Origin: Torpedo marmorata
Lineage: Eukaryota
DNA: 64,000 nt
Assembly: GCA_977017645.1 (NCBI GenBank)
Contig: OZ360252.1
Location: 16,306,001 to 16,370,000, forward strand
Direction of reading: 5' to 3'
The first letter of the stretch is position 1. Every line of letters starts with the position of its first letter. The translations under genes were made by a program, and so were the position numbers. Below, in pieces: positions 39,014-50,323 of this stretch. Under the pieces are notes generated by a model that worked only from the letters and a program-made list of their open reading frames with translations, ran no database searches and was not told where the DNA came from.

Positions 39014-40695
39014 GACACTAAAATGCTGGAAGAACTCAGCCGGTCTTTCCAGCATCTGTATGGGACAAAGGTTTATTGCCGACGTTTCGGGCCTGAGCCC
39101 TTCTTCTAGTAAAAATCATAATAAGGAAGAGGAAGGAAGTTTCAGAAAGTCTCAGATTTCAAACAATGGGGGAGGAACCCAGACCAACAAAAGGTGTTAA
39201 TTGGATGAGATAAGGGTCTAGGTAAGAATGTATCATGTCTGTGCGAAAGGAAACAGGGAATGGAGAGACGACGGGGCAAGAAGCGGGTGGGTTTTTTCAA
39301 CGAAAGCCAGAGAAGTCCATATTAATGCCATCAGGGTGGAGGGTGTCCAATCAGAAGATGAGGCGTTGTTCCTCCAATTTAGGGGTGGTCTCAGTCTGGC
39401 AGTGCATGAGACCATGGACAGACATGTCGGCAAGGCAATGGGATGGAGAATTGAAATGGGTGGCCACTGGGAGATCCACGCTATTGCGGTGCACAGAGCT
39501 GAGCTGCTCAAAAAAGCGATCTCTGCAGTCTGCGCCCAATCTCTCCGATGTAGAGGAGACCACAGCGGGAGCACTGGATGAAGTAGATGATCCCTGCAGA
39601 TTCACAAGTGAATTGTTACATCACTTTGAAGGACTGTTTGTGGCCCCGAATGGTGGTGATGGAGGAAATGTGTGCGCAAGTGGAGCATCTCCTACAGACA
39701 TAGGGCTAGGTCCCAAGGGCACGATTGGTGGGAAGGGAGGAGTGGACATCGGAGTAACGGGGAGAGCTGCCCGGCGGAAGGCAGAGAGGTGAGGAGAATA
39801 TGCGTCCAGTGGTGGGATCATGTAGTAGGTGACGGAAATGGCGGAGAAGGATCTGTTGGATGCGGAGGCTGGTGTGGTGGTTGGTGAGGACAAGGGGAAT
39901 CCTGTCCTTACTGCGCATGTGGACGGAGTGTGGACGGAGGGGGCCAGGGCAGATTGCGGTTAATGGAGCATATGCGTGTGAGTGCCGCGTTGATGGTAGT
40001 AGAGGGAAAGCCACGTTGATTAAAGAAAGAGGACATCTCTAATGATATGGCACCGAAATCCTCATCCTGGAGGCAGATGCGACTGAGACGGAGGAATTGA
40101 GAGAATGGACTCCTCTACATCGGAGAGACTGGACGCAGACTGGGAGAACTCTTTATTGAGCACCTCCACTCTGTCCGCAGCAATAGCGTGGATCTCCCAG
40201 TAGCCACCCATTTCAATTCTCCATCCCATTGCCTTGCCGACATGTCTGTCCATTGTCTCATGCACTGCCAGACTGAGACCACCCGTAAATTGGAGGAACA
40301 ACACCTCATCTTCCGACTGGGCACCCTCCAACTGAATGGCATTAATATCCACTTCTCTGGCTTTCGTTAGAAATTCCCAACTCCTTCTCCCCTCGACCTC
40401 TCTCCATCCCCTGTCTCCTTTCGCACAGAAATTATAAATTCTTACCAAGACCTTTATCATATCCAATTAACACCTTTTGTTGGTCTGGATTCCTCCCCCA
40501 TTGTTTGAATTCTGAGACTTTCTGAGACTTCCTTCTTGTGCCTTATTCTGATTTTTCTTTGAAGAATGGCTCAGGCCCGAAACGTCGGCAATATATATTT
40601 TTCTCCTGTAGATGCTGAAAAGACCGGCTGAGTTCCTCCAGCATTTCAGTGTGTTTATTACAATCACAGCGTCCGCAGCCTTTCGTGTTTCACTC
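39014..40695. mobile_element. Penelope-like element with inverted terminal segments
   Basis: 39014-40080 is on the minus strand (DRIPLVLTNHH; DLPVATHFNSPSHCLADMSV; KLEEQRLIF); 40106-40695 is a plus-strand copy of the same GIY-YIG/pLTR end. Confidence 0.85.
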
Positions 40696-40744
40696 TCATC
40701 GTTTCCGAGTCAACCAGGAAAGTGTGTAGACGCATTGATTATAG

Positions 40745-41575
40745 TGCAATGCACAAAGGTGCTGCAGAAACTCAACAGGTCACGCGTCATCTGTAGGAAG
40801 TAAAGGGCAACCAACGTTTCGGGCCTGAGTCCTTCGTCAAGGAATAACCAAAAGCAGGTAGGCGCCTGGATACAGGAAAAAGATGGGGGCAGCAGAGAAG
40901 AGGAGAGAAGACGCGGCAGGGGAGGAGCACAGGCTAACGTGCAAGAGGACGGGGGTGGTTATGGTTTGGAGGGTAGAAGAGAATACAGAGAAGTGATGGA
41001 AGAAGTGGGTGACTCTCTGAATGGAGAGGGAAGTGGTGAGGAGCTGAAGAAAGGAGACAGAGGGATAAAGAAATACAGAAGAGAGACTGGGGAAGGGACA
41101 TAAAGCAAAACACAGACGTCAATATTGATGCCATCGGGTTGAAATGATCTCCTAATTTGCGTCCAGTCTCTCCGATGTGGAGGACAGGATGTAGACGATA
41201 CCCCTGCCGACTCACTAGTGAAGTGTTCTTTCACTTGGAAGGACTTCTTAGGGTCCCGAACGGTTTTGACAGACCAAGTGCTGACGCAAGGGGAGTATAT
41301 CCTGCGGTCACAGGGGTAGGTACCTTGGGTTTTCGGAATAGTGGGAAAGGATGAGTGGACAAAGGGGTCTCGGAGGGAGAGGTCCCAGCTGAAGGTGGAG
41401 AGGGGAGAAGAGGGGAAGATGTGTCTGGTGAAGGGATCTAGTTGGAAGTGTCGGAAATTGCAGAGGATAATATGTTGGATGCGGAAGATCATGGGTGGTA
41501 GGTTAGGAAAAGGGAAATCCACTGCTTGTTGCGTCTTAGGGCAGAGGGGTCCAGGACAGATGTGAGGTTTCGAGA
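40745..41575 (-). mobile_element. Penelope-like element fragment
   Basis: IQHIILCNFRHFQLDP...PKKSFQVKEHFTSES, LHIGETGRKLGD; hammerhead-like motif at 40812-40842. Confidence 0.8.
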
Positions 41576-42536
41576 ATGATAAAACATCGTTGAAAATACA
41601 GAGGGTTAAATCATATCCTCCTCAATATGAAGTTAAAAGAAGCTAAAATTCAATATAAATCTGATTAATTATGCTGAATAAATGAAGATGAGGGAATTCT
41701 TTTGACCGACCGATTTCCTTACACTACAGAAAGCATCGAGTTCTTTCCCATTCCAGTGTTCATCCGTAGTGAATATGCAGCTGGTATCTGAGCTATCCTT
41801 CCCTACTCCGCATAGCATGAGAGAGCGAATCGTTTGTCTACATAACCACAGTGCAGTGGTGATAGGTGAAGACCCAAGGTTGTGCCTGATGCCTCATTTT
41901 CTCTCCTTGAAACAAATCCCAGGCCGAGTCTTACGTGAATATACTGCTATCCAGTCGCGTCATTGATCACTGGGAATTCTTGTGCTGGTGGCAGACCCTG
42001 CCGCTTGCGAGTATCACGGATATTTCCACAATTACAGGAACAGTTACATTCCCAAAGACAGGGGCTCTAGGTGGCATTCAAGAACAAATTAATTCCGGCA
42101 TGTTTATTCTGGTGGCACACGTTATCATGCGTCCTGGACACAATGCTAACCATTCCATCGGATGTTGCTCAACAATGAGGCCTGTTTGGCTAACAGTCTC
42201 GGAATTGGTATCGGTTCAGTGATTCATCTGGTGCAATGCAGACAAATGTTATTTGGAAAATCGTGGAGTGCAATGCACAAACGTGCTGGAGAAACTCAGG
42301 AGGTCACACCTGACAAAGGACAGGGGCTCGAAACGTTGGTTATCTTTTTAATATGTATGGATGTTGCGTGATCTGCTGAGTTGCTCCAGCACGTTTATGC
42401 ATTGGAAACATCGTTAAGGATCAAGATGCACAATCAGTGCTCAACCTTCATAAACATTGGCTGCAAATGTGTAAGGAAGCGCATTGTGAATCCTTCTGTT
42501 AATTTATGGTCTACTTCATGTACATTTTATGGTTAG

Positions 42537-44556
42537 GATACAAGACACCCTCAATCATGGTTGCCGCATTCATCACCCTTGGGGCCATCCTCCTCGCTGA
42601 GCTAATGACGCTGATGACGATAGTACAGAGAAGGTAGGGGAGATGAGGAGAGTTTCAAAGTTCACGCTGCATTCTGATACTTGATTGTTCTTAATTTATT
42701 CAAACTGATGTTTGTGGCACATTCCTAAAAGGTTTATCTGCGTTACAGTGAATAAGCGTCTCCCTCTCTTCCACAGGTGCAGTGATGCTCACCCGTTGCT
42801 TTTTACCAAGCAATTTATGAAGACATTGAGAATACACTGCCTGGTAAGAATTTCAGTCATCCACAGGGTTCAGGTGTGTATTTGCATTTGACATCCACTC
42901 TTCAACTGACAAGTATCGCACATACTTCTATAATCCACAAGTAGGAAGAAATAAAATTTGTAAACAAACATTGTGGTGGCTGGAAACAGGAGGCGCTCAC
43001 GCGTTTGAAAGAGAAAATATTTATAAACCTTCACAATTCAATCTCATGTTTGTATCATCACTCTAACCTTTCACCCCATTGAAGACAGCCGCTCTATTTA
43101 CTTATCCACCCACTTCCCTTATTCCCCGAATGTTTGAACTGTATTTAACACGCATTAATCCACTTCTGATGGAAGAATTCAGAACCGTTTTAAACTCTGC
43201 CACTTCTTCCCGAATTATTTGTGATTACAATATCGAGCAGATGCGAACAAATATCAGGAATATTCCCACATCAAGGATGATCATGATAGTAAGATTATTT
43301 CTGCATCGATCTTTGTGATCACACGTTCCATGTGGTACTTCTCCATAAATCAGCGGTTCTTTAAAAGTGAGATTAAATCGACATTTAACAATTTTCTCTT
43401 TTGCTCCAACCGCCCTGCCCTAATTGTCTGAAGACATTAATAGCATTAACATTCGAATGGATGTAGTTCATCTGCACAATTGGCACGGTTTGCGTCGCGA
43501 CCAATTGTCGAATCCGGCGATGTCTGTCGGAGTTTGCAATTTCTCACCGTAACTTGCGTAGGTCTTCCCCGCGTGCTCCGGTTTACTCCCACCCTCCACA
43601 AGGTACGGGATGGGTCGGTTAATAAGGTGTAATTGGGGTGAAAGGGATGAAATGGCCGGAAAGAGCTTCTGCCCTAAAATCAAATCACCATTTTCATAAG
43701 CAAACTGGGTTGTTGCATTGAATGGTATTCTGCAACTGTGTCGTGTGGCATTCCACGATCCTCATTGTTATAATAACGCATTTGTGAATTCTGCCTCAAT
43801 GCCCAAAATAATCTCCACATTACCTGTCAATTGCATTGACTTCTAGCATCTGGTTCCATTGATTTCATCAATCAAATTGAATATGACAGGAGCGACCCTT
43901 CCGATGGTGCTTTTCTGGAGCTCATGGAAACAGTTCCCGTCTTAATGTTTTGACACGTATTCGGGGGAGGGCGGGGCGTCCACATTATATTATTTTACTT
44001 TATTCTGTTTGTTATCAACGTCTATTCCCACACGTACGACGTGAAATAACAGAGAATAGAACGATTTTATAAATGGAGTTGTGTGAAGCCTGTGAACAGA
44101 TTTGAACATGAAACAAATGTCCGGAGTGTAGCCAGGTGTACAATGAAACGATGCAATGGCCATTAGTTGTTTGATCAGAGTGCTTTGTAGGCATTGAAAT
44201 ATGAAATGAGCGTGCATTCTAAATGCGCTGTTCAGTCGTTAATATCCAGGAATCTGATCAACATATTTCCTCCGACAAACTGCGCATCACGAGAGAAAAA
44301 AAAAACAAAAAGCGTTGCATCCTGCGAACTAAAGCTCGCTACTGAACAATGATTTACAGGAATGTCACTCTGTCTTGTCATTGAAAATCCGTACGTCCTC
44401 CTAGATCTGGATCCTGCAGACTATGACCGCGCTGGCAGCAAAACCATTGATTCCCAAGACTGTCTCTTTCGGGTAGGCGGTGGTGCTGATGATCCGCTCA
44501 TGCTCACGGTTGTCCACGGAGATACCAACAACATTGGTGCGTTCAGTCTCCGTTAG
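42537..44556 (+). pseudogene. relic of an SRCR (CD163/WC1-like) receptor: TM exon plus three cytoplasmic exons
   Basis: Exon-like blocks with AG acceptors: 42537-42647 YKTPSIMVAAFITLGAILLAELMTLMTIVQRR*GR* (donor mutated to gagagt); 42777-42843 ...SPVAFYQAIYEDIENTLPG|gtaaga (frameshift/stop); 43847-43947 SGSIDFINQIEYD...; 44405-44556 DLDPADYDRAGSKTIDSQD...*. Family assignment rests on remembered similarity to shark CD163-like tails. Confidence 0.7.
43480..43680 (+). mobile_element. V-SINE-like SINE
   Basis: TCGAATCCGGCGATGTCTGTCGGAGTTTGCAATTTCTCACCGT...GTGCTCCGGTTTACTCCCACCC. Confidence 0.65.
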
Positions 44557-44784
44557 ACCCGCATTAGAAAGTTGTCTGTGGGGGTCACGTGTTGCAGCAG
44601 AGCTGAAAAGACGCGGGCCTGAGGGCTCCCCAGAAGAATCCAAACTAAAGCCTTTAAAAACGCCCAAACGCACCTTCAAACAAGCTCAATAGCTGTAATA
44701 TGATCAGAAAACGGAAAAATAAGCAAGGTAATTTAATCAACGACCAAAACCCAGCGTCTGCAGCAGAAACCAGAAACCGGCCTT

Positions 44785-45910
44785 CCAAGTAAAACTGCAC
44801 TTCACTTGTACATCCAGAGAACTTATTTACTCCCTTTGTGGCTTTCTCTACATCGGAGAGACCGGTCGTAGATTGGAGATCTCTTCGCTGAGCACATCCC
44901 CTCCGTCCGCAACAACAGCGACCTCCCAGTAGCCAATCATTTCAATTCCGGGTCACACTTCCACACTCACATGTCTGTCCATGGCCTTATGTACTATCCC
45001 ACACAGACTACCCGCAAATTGGAGGAACAACATCACATTTTCCGTCTGGGCACTCTCCAGCCAGATGGCATTAACATTGACTTTTCTGCTTTCCACTAAA
45101 CCTGCTTGTCGTTTCCTTCCCCTCCCCCCTCACCTGTCCTTCCTGTTTTTTTACACCCACCCAGCAATCCCTCCTCCCCTTCTTTGCTGCTGTCCCCTCC
45201 CTCCTTTCTCCACCTATCATCTCCTGCCTTTGCCACCCCCCTTCCCCCCTCACTCTTTTGTTCGAACGCCTGCCCGGCATTTTCTCATACTTTGATGAAG
45301 GACTCAAGCCCGAAACGTCGGTTATGTATTTCTACCTTTGCTACATAAAAGACACTGTTTGACCTGCTGAGTTTCTCCAGCATTTGTGTTTTTTACAATA
45401 TCCATGCCGACATGTCTGTCGATGGTGCCATGCACTGCCAGACTGAGAACTACCGCAAATTGAAGGAACATCGCCTGATATTCCGTCTGGGCACACTCCA
45501 ACCAGATGGCATTAACATCGAGTTCTCCGGTTTCCGTTCGTCGCCCGCCCCCACCAGTTTCCTCTTCCCCTTCCGTATGTCCCCTTACCTCCAGCGGTGT
45601 CTCTCCCTCTCTCTTTCCTTCTCCCTCTGATCTCCTTTCCTGCAGCTCTGCATTCACATGGCCACCCCCTCGTCCGATCAGTTCTTCTCTTTCCTCTCCT
45701 GCCCTCCAAGTCCAATTATCGCCTTTTGCCTGTTGGCCTGTGCTCCTCCCCCTGCTCTTTCTTCTCTCCTCCCCCAGCCTTTTTGTTCTGGCGCCTGCCT
45801 GCTTTTTGCTCTTGAAGAAGGGCTCAGTTCCGAAATGTTGGTTATATACTTTTATCTCCTATGGACGCTGCGTGACCTGTTGAGTACCTCCAGCATTTTT
45901 ATGGTTTTAC
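44785..45910 (+). mobile_element. two tandem Penelope-like 3'/pLTR fragments
   Basis: CTACATCGGAGAGACC and AATTGGAGGAACAACATCACATTTTCCGTCTGGGCAC, the latter repeated near 45460-45495; hammerhead-like motifs at 45291 and 45810. Confidence 0.8.
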
Positions 45911-46104
45911 TTTGGATTGTACAATCCTATTTTCATCGATATTTTTGAAATAGTTCTTCAAATCAGAAAACAAATGCATTTAAATTCTTCCATGGACTAT
46001 CATCTGAATTAAACGCTTACACTCTCATGCAAACTGAATTTGTGTTCATATTTTGTCATTGTTAAAAACAGAGGACGTACTGCAATTTTCAGTAAGCCTT
46101 CGCA

Positions 46105-46520
46105 ATTAGACAATAGATAATAGGAGCTGGAGTAGGCCCTTCGGCCGTCGAGCCAGCACCGCCATTTTACAGATCATGGCTGATCACTACTATCAGCACC
46201 CCTTTCCAGCCTTATCCCCATAACCCTTAACTCCCCTGCCCACTAGAGTCTTATCTAACTCTCTTTTGAACATAAGCAGCGAATCTGCCTCTACCAACCT
46301 CTGTGGCAAAGCATTCCACAGATTCACACTTCTCTGGGTAAAAATGTTATTCCTCATCTCCGTCCTAAAGTGTCTTCCCTGTATTCTTAAGCTATTCCCT
46401 CTAGTCCTAGTCTCTCCCATCATTGGGAACAAGTAATTCGACTTCACCCTGTCTATCCTCTTGATAATCTTGTATACCTCAATCATGTCGCCCCTCATCC
46501 TTCTAAACTCCATCGGATAT
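46105..46520 (-). mobile_element. CR1 3' fragment (duplicated at 52740-53155)
   Basis: ORF 46193-46513 RRMRGDMIEVYKI...FTQRSVNLWNALP. Confidence 0.9.
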
Positions 46521-47074
46521 TGCCGTCCGCAACTTTCTAAATGAAAGCATTTTTGTCCGTGGTACTTCTCATTGGAAATGTTGATGAATCATATACAGTG
46601 TCGCGAAATTAGACTTCTGAGAAATACCACGTGAAGAGTACATTCGGCCCTCAAAATATGCACGGATCAATAACCACCCAACTATAAATTAATACTATTG
46701 TTATTTCCCACAATTCTCAGCGTCTCCTTGCAGATTCTGCCACAAAAACACATAGGACAGAGACCTTAGAGTGATCAGTTAATCTATTATAACATGTCTT
46801 TCGGTTGAGGAACAAAACTCATCGCACAGAGCAAAAACACAGGGCCACACGGAGAGCGTGTAAAATCCACACAGATAGTAACTGAGGGAAAGACTGACCC
46901 TATAGTCTCCGGGACACTGAAGAAGCGACACGAATTGTTGAAAAAAATTATTATAAGCATCCTTTTTTCAGTTATTTTGTGACGAAGGCTAATATTCGCT
47001 TATATATTATGACATAAAGACTGTGAACGAGAGATTGCACAAGTCAAAAATCTGCACAATTGCTTTGCTGGAAA

Positions 47075-47432
47075 ATTTGAGGGTGATAGATAGAGTTGAT
47101 GTGGATAGACCTTTTCCATTGAGAGTAGGAGAGATGAATACAAGAGGTCATGTGTTGAGGTTTGACGGGAAAAGGTTCAGGAGTAACATGAGGGGGAACC
47201 TCTTTACTCAGAGAGTGGTTGATGTGTGGAATGGGCTTCTGGGAGAGGTGGTGGAGGCAGGGTCAATTCTGTCATTTAAGCAAAAATTGGATAGGTATAT
47301 GGATGGGAGGGGAATGGAGGGATATGGGAAGGGTACTCGTAGGATGGATTAGAGGAGGGTACTTGGATCGGTGCGGACTAGAAGGGCCGAACTGACTTGT
47401 TTCCGTGTTGTAGTTGTTATGTGGTTATATGG
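47075..47432 (+). mobile_element. CR1 3' fragment (duplicated at 53710-54067)
   Basis: IDRVDVDRPFP...TRGH...FTQRVVDVWNGL; tail GTTATGTGGTTATATGG. Confidence 0.88.
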
Positions 47433-48672
47433 ACTCGGGAGGATGTAAACGCACCCACTCAAAATTCCCTTTGCCGTTTCAGAGGCATCAGGAAATATGT
47501 TAATCATTACCAGATTGGCTTCCTTGGGGAAACAGATGGTTGGAGAATCATTCATCCATCATGGTCTGACCATCATAGGTTTTGTGGAAGATTACGTAGC
47601 GTCTGCAGATTGCCCTTATTGTAGGTGCGTGGTTGGGAATTAAGGGTAATTGATGGACAAGTGAGAAATACGTTGGTGGAAAATATGTTAGTGGAAAATA
47701 AGTGGGAAATTGCAACTGATGAGAATACACTGCATGAACACATATTTTTCATAGTCACAGAGAAATATTGCAACATAAATCCCACTCTCATGGCCCCAAA
47801 TTCTTACAATCTGCCCACAGATTCTACCACCCTACAAAGATGCTCGTCTTTGAAATGTTGGCAGAAATTGGAACACCTGGATAAACCTCACGATATCCCA
47901 AGGAGAAAAGACAAACTGCTCACAGACAGCAGACGAAGGTCAGGGTTGACCCTGTGTCTCCTGGTAATGTGGGGAACTTGAATGATGAAACTACGAAGTG
48001 CACCACTGGGCCATTCATAATTCGACTGAATAATACCTCATTTTCACCAAAGAAAATACGGGACTATAATTGGGTTCCCATGTTGCTCCTTGGTTGTGTT
48101 AATTTTCAATGGTTATGTTCCTTTCAGTGATTAATCAGCTGTATAGGCTTTGGCTCTTCAAGCACTAACTTTGTGTAATAGGCGCTAAGAAATTCATTCT
48201 GAGTAAATGTAAGTATCTCCAAGCAATACCCTATTCATACACTTTGATGTTATTTACAGGACATGCAGAAATGATGCCTGTCCTAACCAAGGTGCACAGG
48301 TATAACCAGTTGGGTGATTCAGGTCCCAGGTTTGTTTATATTTCTTGACCTGCAATAACCCATAAAATATGTGTGCTTCATCAAAGATTTTATTTTTTAC
48401 AAATATTAGCGAACTGATTTTGGCATCTGTGGCATAATTGGTATTGTCTAATATTGTTAAACATGATTTATGATATCGAACATGTGGTGAAAGTGTTAAC
48501 TCTACTTGTTTATTCATTGACCGTGATTAATTCCATTCCTAGGGACTTCACATATACGTTATATAGAGGGTTTTGTTCAATGCATTATCGACGAGTACCT
48601 ACGATAACATCAGTTCTGTCACACAGGGATCGGAACTCTTCAGAAAAGGAAGCAAAACTCGTTCTAATAAAA

Positions 48673-48799
48673 ATGATGGTGGTGTCCAGTTTTACAATAG
48701 ACCGCAGTAATCCAATTCCAATAGTCATTCAGATATTTTTAACACTTTGGGATATACAGATGGTTTACTATCCTCTCCTTGCTGCTGTTGGTATCCCAG
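48673..48799 (+). CDS. GPR139/GPR142-like GPCR copy 1, exon 1
   Basis: ATG ATG GTG...(M)MVVSSFTIDRSNPIPIVIQIFLTLWDIQMVYYPLLAAVGIP G|gtatgt; supplies the N-terminus and first half of TM1, in phase with exon 2. Confidence 0.85.
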
Positions 48800-49430
48800 G
48801 TATGTATTTTTATCCAGTTATGAATTTTGATACAATGTTTAAATATCAATCCATTGTTAGAATTTAGTTCTGCCAGATCAGTGAATTTAAATTCAGGGTC
48901 CCTTCTAATAGGTGCAGTACATTTCATTGTTACTGAAGTAGAGGTATGCCAAAGATACTGATCCCCATGCAAGCTGTATTGGCAATGCAAAGACTTGTAG
49001 ATATCTACAGGCATGAATACTGCGGAAAATAAAACATAAGGTCTTGATTGTGTTCAAGAACTTGCTTTGAAGGCAGTCATATGTGAATTAAATTAAGACC
49101 AGAATTCAGTCTCATGGACCCACTCTTGCACACACGTGTGACAGGTGGTTAGTTTGTGTTGCTTGTCGTGTATTAGTCTTACTGAATATATAGTGAATTC
49201 GTCTATTCCCTACTGATTCAGTAAGGAATACACGAATACAGTACACATATATATTTCCCTATTTGTTCCCGATTCAAATTTAAAATCCAGCCTCCTGCAG
49301 AAAATGTAGTGCCATGTAGAAGAACAACGTCTTTCTTTTGGGCAGACAATTAGAGTTGTAAATCACTCAACATCAAATTGTTGCCTTTAACTGTCTGATC
49401 TCTAATCACTCTCTCCTCTCTTCTTTACAG

Positions 49431-50323
49431 TTAACTTGGTGACTATTTTTATCTTGTCACGGAAAAGATGTGGTCTTTCCAAATGTGTCACTTTCTACAT
49501 GCTGGCCATGGCAACCGCAGATCTACTGACCATTATCATCGATCTTGTATTGAGGCATATTCCAATTATTTATCAGCTTCAATTTGTATTGTACATCCCT
49601 CTGTGCAATATTCATGCTGTCTTGCTTTATGCAGTCACAGATTGTTCTGTCTGGTTCACTGTAATGTTTACCATTGATCGATTTGTGGCCATTTGTTGTG
49701 AGAAAATGAAAGCTAAATATTGTACCGAAAAGGCAGCAGTGATGATTTTAGCAACGGTTGCTGTTGTATCTCTTTTAAAAAACGTAATTTGGTATTTTGT
49801 GTATACAGGTATGTATTGGCTTTTAAATGATCCTTGGTTTTGTGTCGTAAGAGATGGCAATCTGAATTCACGTATCTGGGGAGCGATTGGATTCCTTCAT
49901 TTTATTCTAACACCTGGGCTTCCATTTATTCTTATTCTGTTACTCAATGCATTTACCGTCAGGCACATTTTAGCGGCCAGCAAAGCCCGCAGGAGAATAA
50001 GAAATCAAGGCACCGGGGAACCCCGAAAGGACACAGAGATGGATAACCGAAGGAAATCTATCGTTTTATTATTTGTTATCTCGGGGAACTTTATAATATT
50101 ATGGGCGGTATTTATGACGTACTTTATTTGGCGACGAATGAGATATTTAGGCTTGACGTCTGAAAATGTACCTTTCTTTGTGCGGGAAATGGGGTTCATG
50201 CTCCAACTCCTGTCGTGCTGCACAAACACGTGTATTTATGCCGTGACCCAAAATAAATTTAGGAACCAATTCATGGAAGTTGTCAAATACCCTTTTACAC
50301 TAATTGTCAAAATTGCTAAATGA
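49431..50323 (+). CDS. GPR139/GPR142-like GPCR copy 1, exon 2
   Basis: ctctcttctttacag|TT AAC TTG; VNLVTIFILSR, LAMATADLL, DCSVWFTVMFTIDRFVAICC, NTCIYA; class A 7TM pattern, open frame; spliced product 338-339 aa. Confidence 0.92.

Noticed and set aside
41750-42250. Possible decayed plus-strand SRCR exon (RPVWL...)
   Set aside because: Only one short motif; the cysteine pattern is not recoverable.
48454-48672. Long N-terminal extension of the GPCR exon-1 ORF
   Set aside because: It starts at a non-ATG codon in AT-rich DNA. In-frame upstream ATGs exist, but 48673/48676 gives the family-typical length; not provable without transcripts.
49468-50229. Overlapping and antisense ORFs within the GPCR exon
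   Set aside because: Short alternative-frame by-products.
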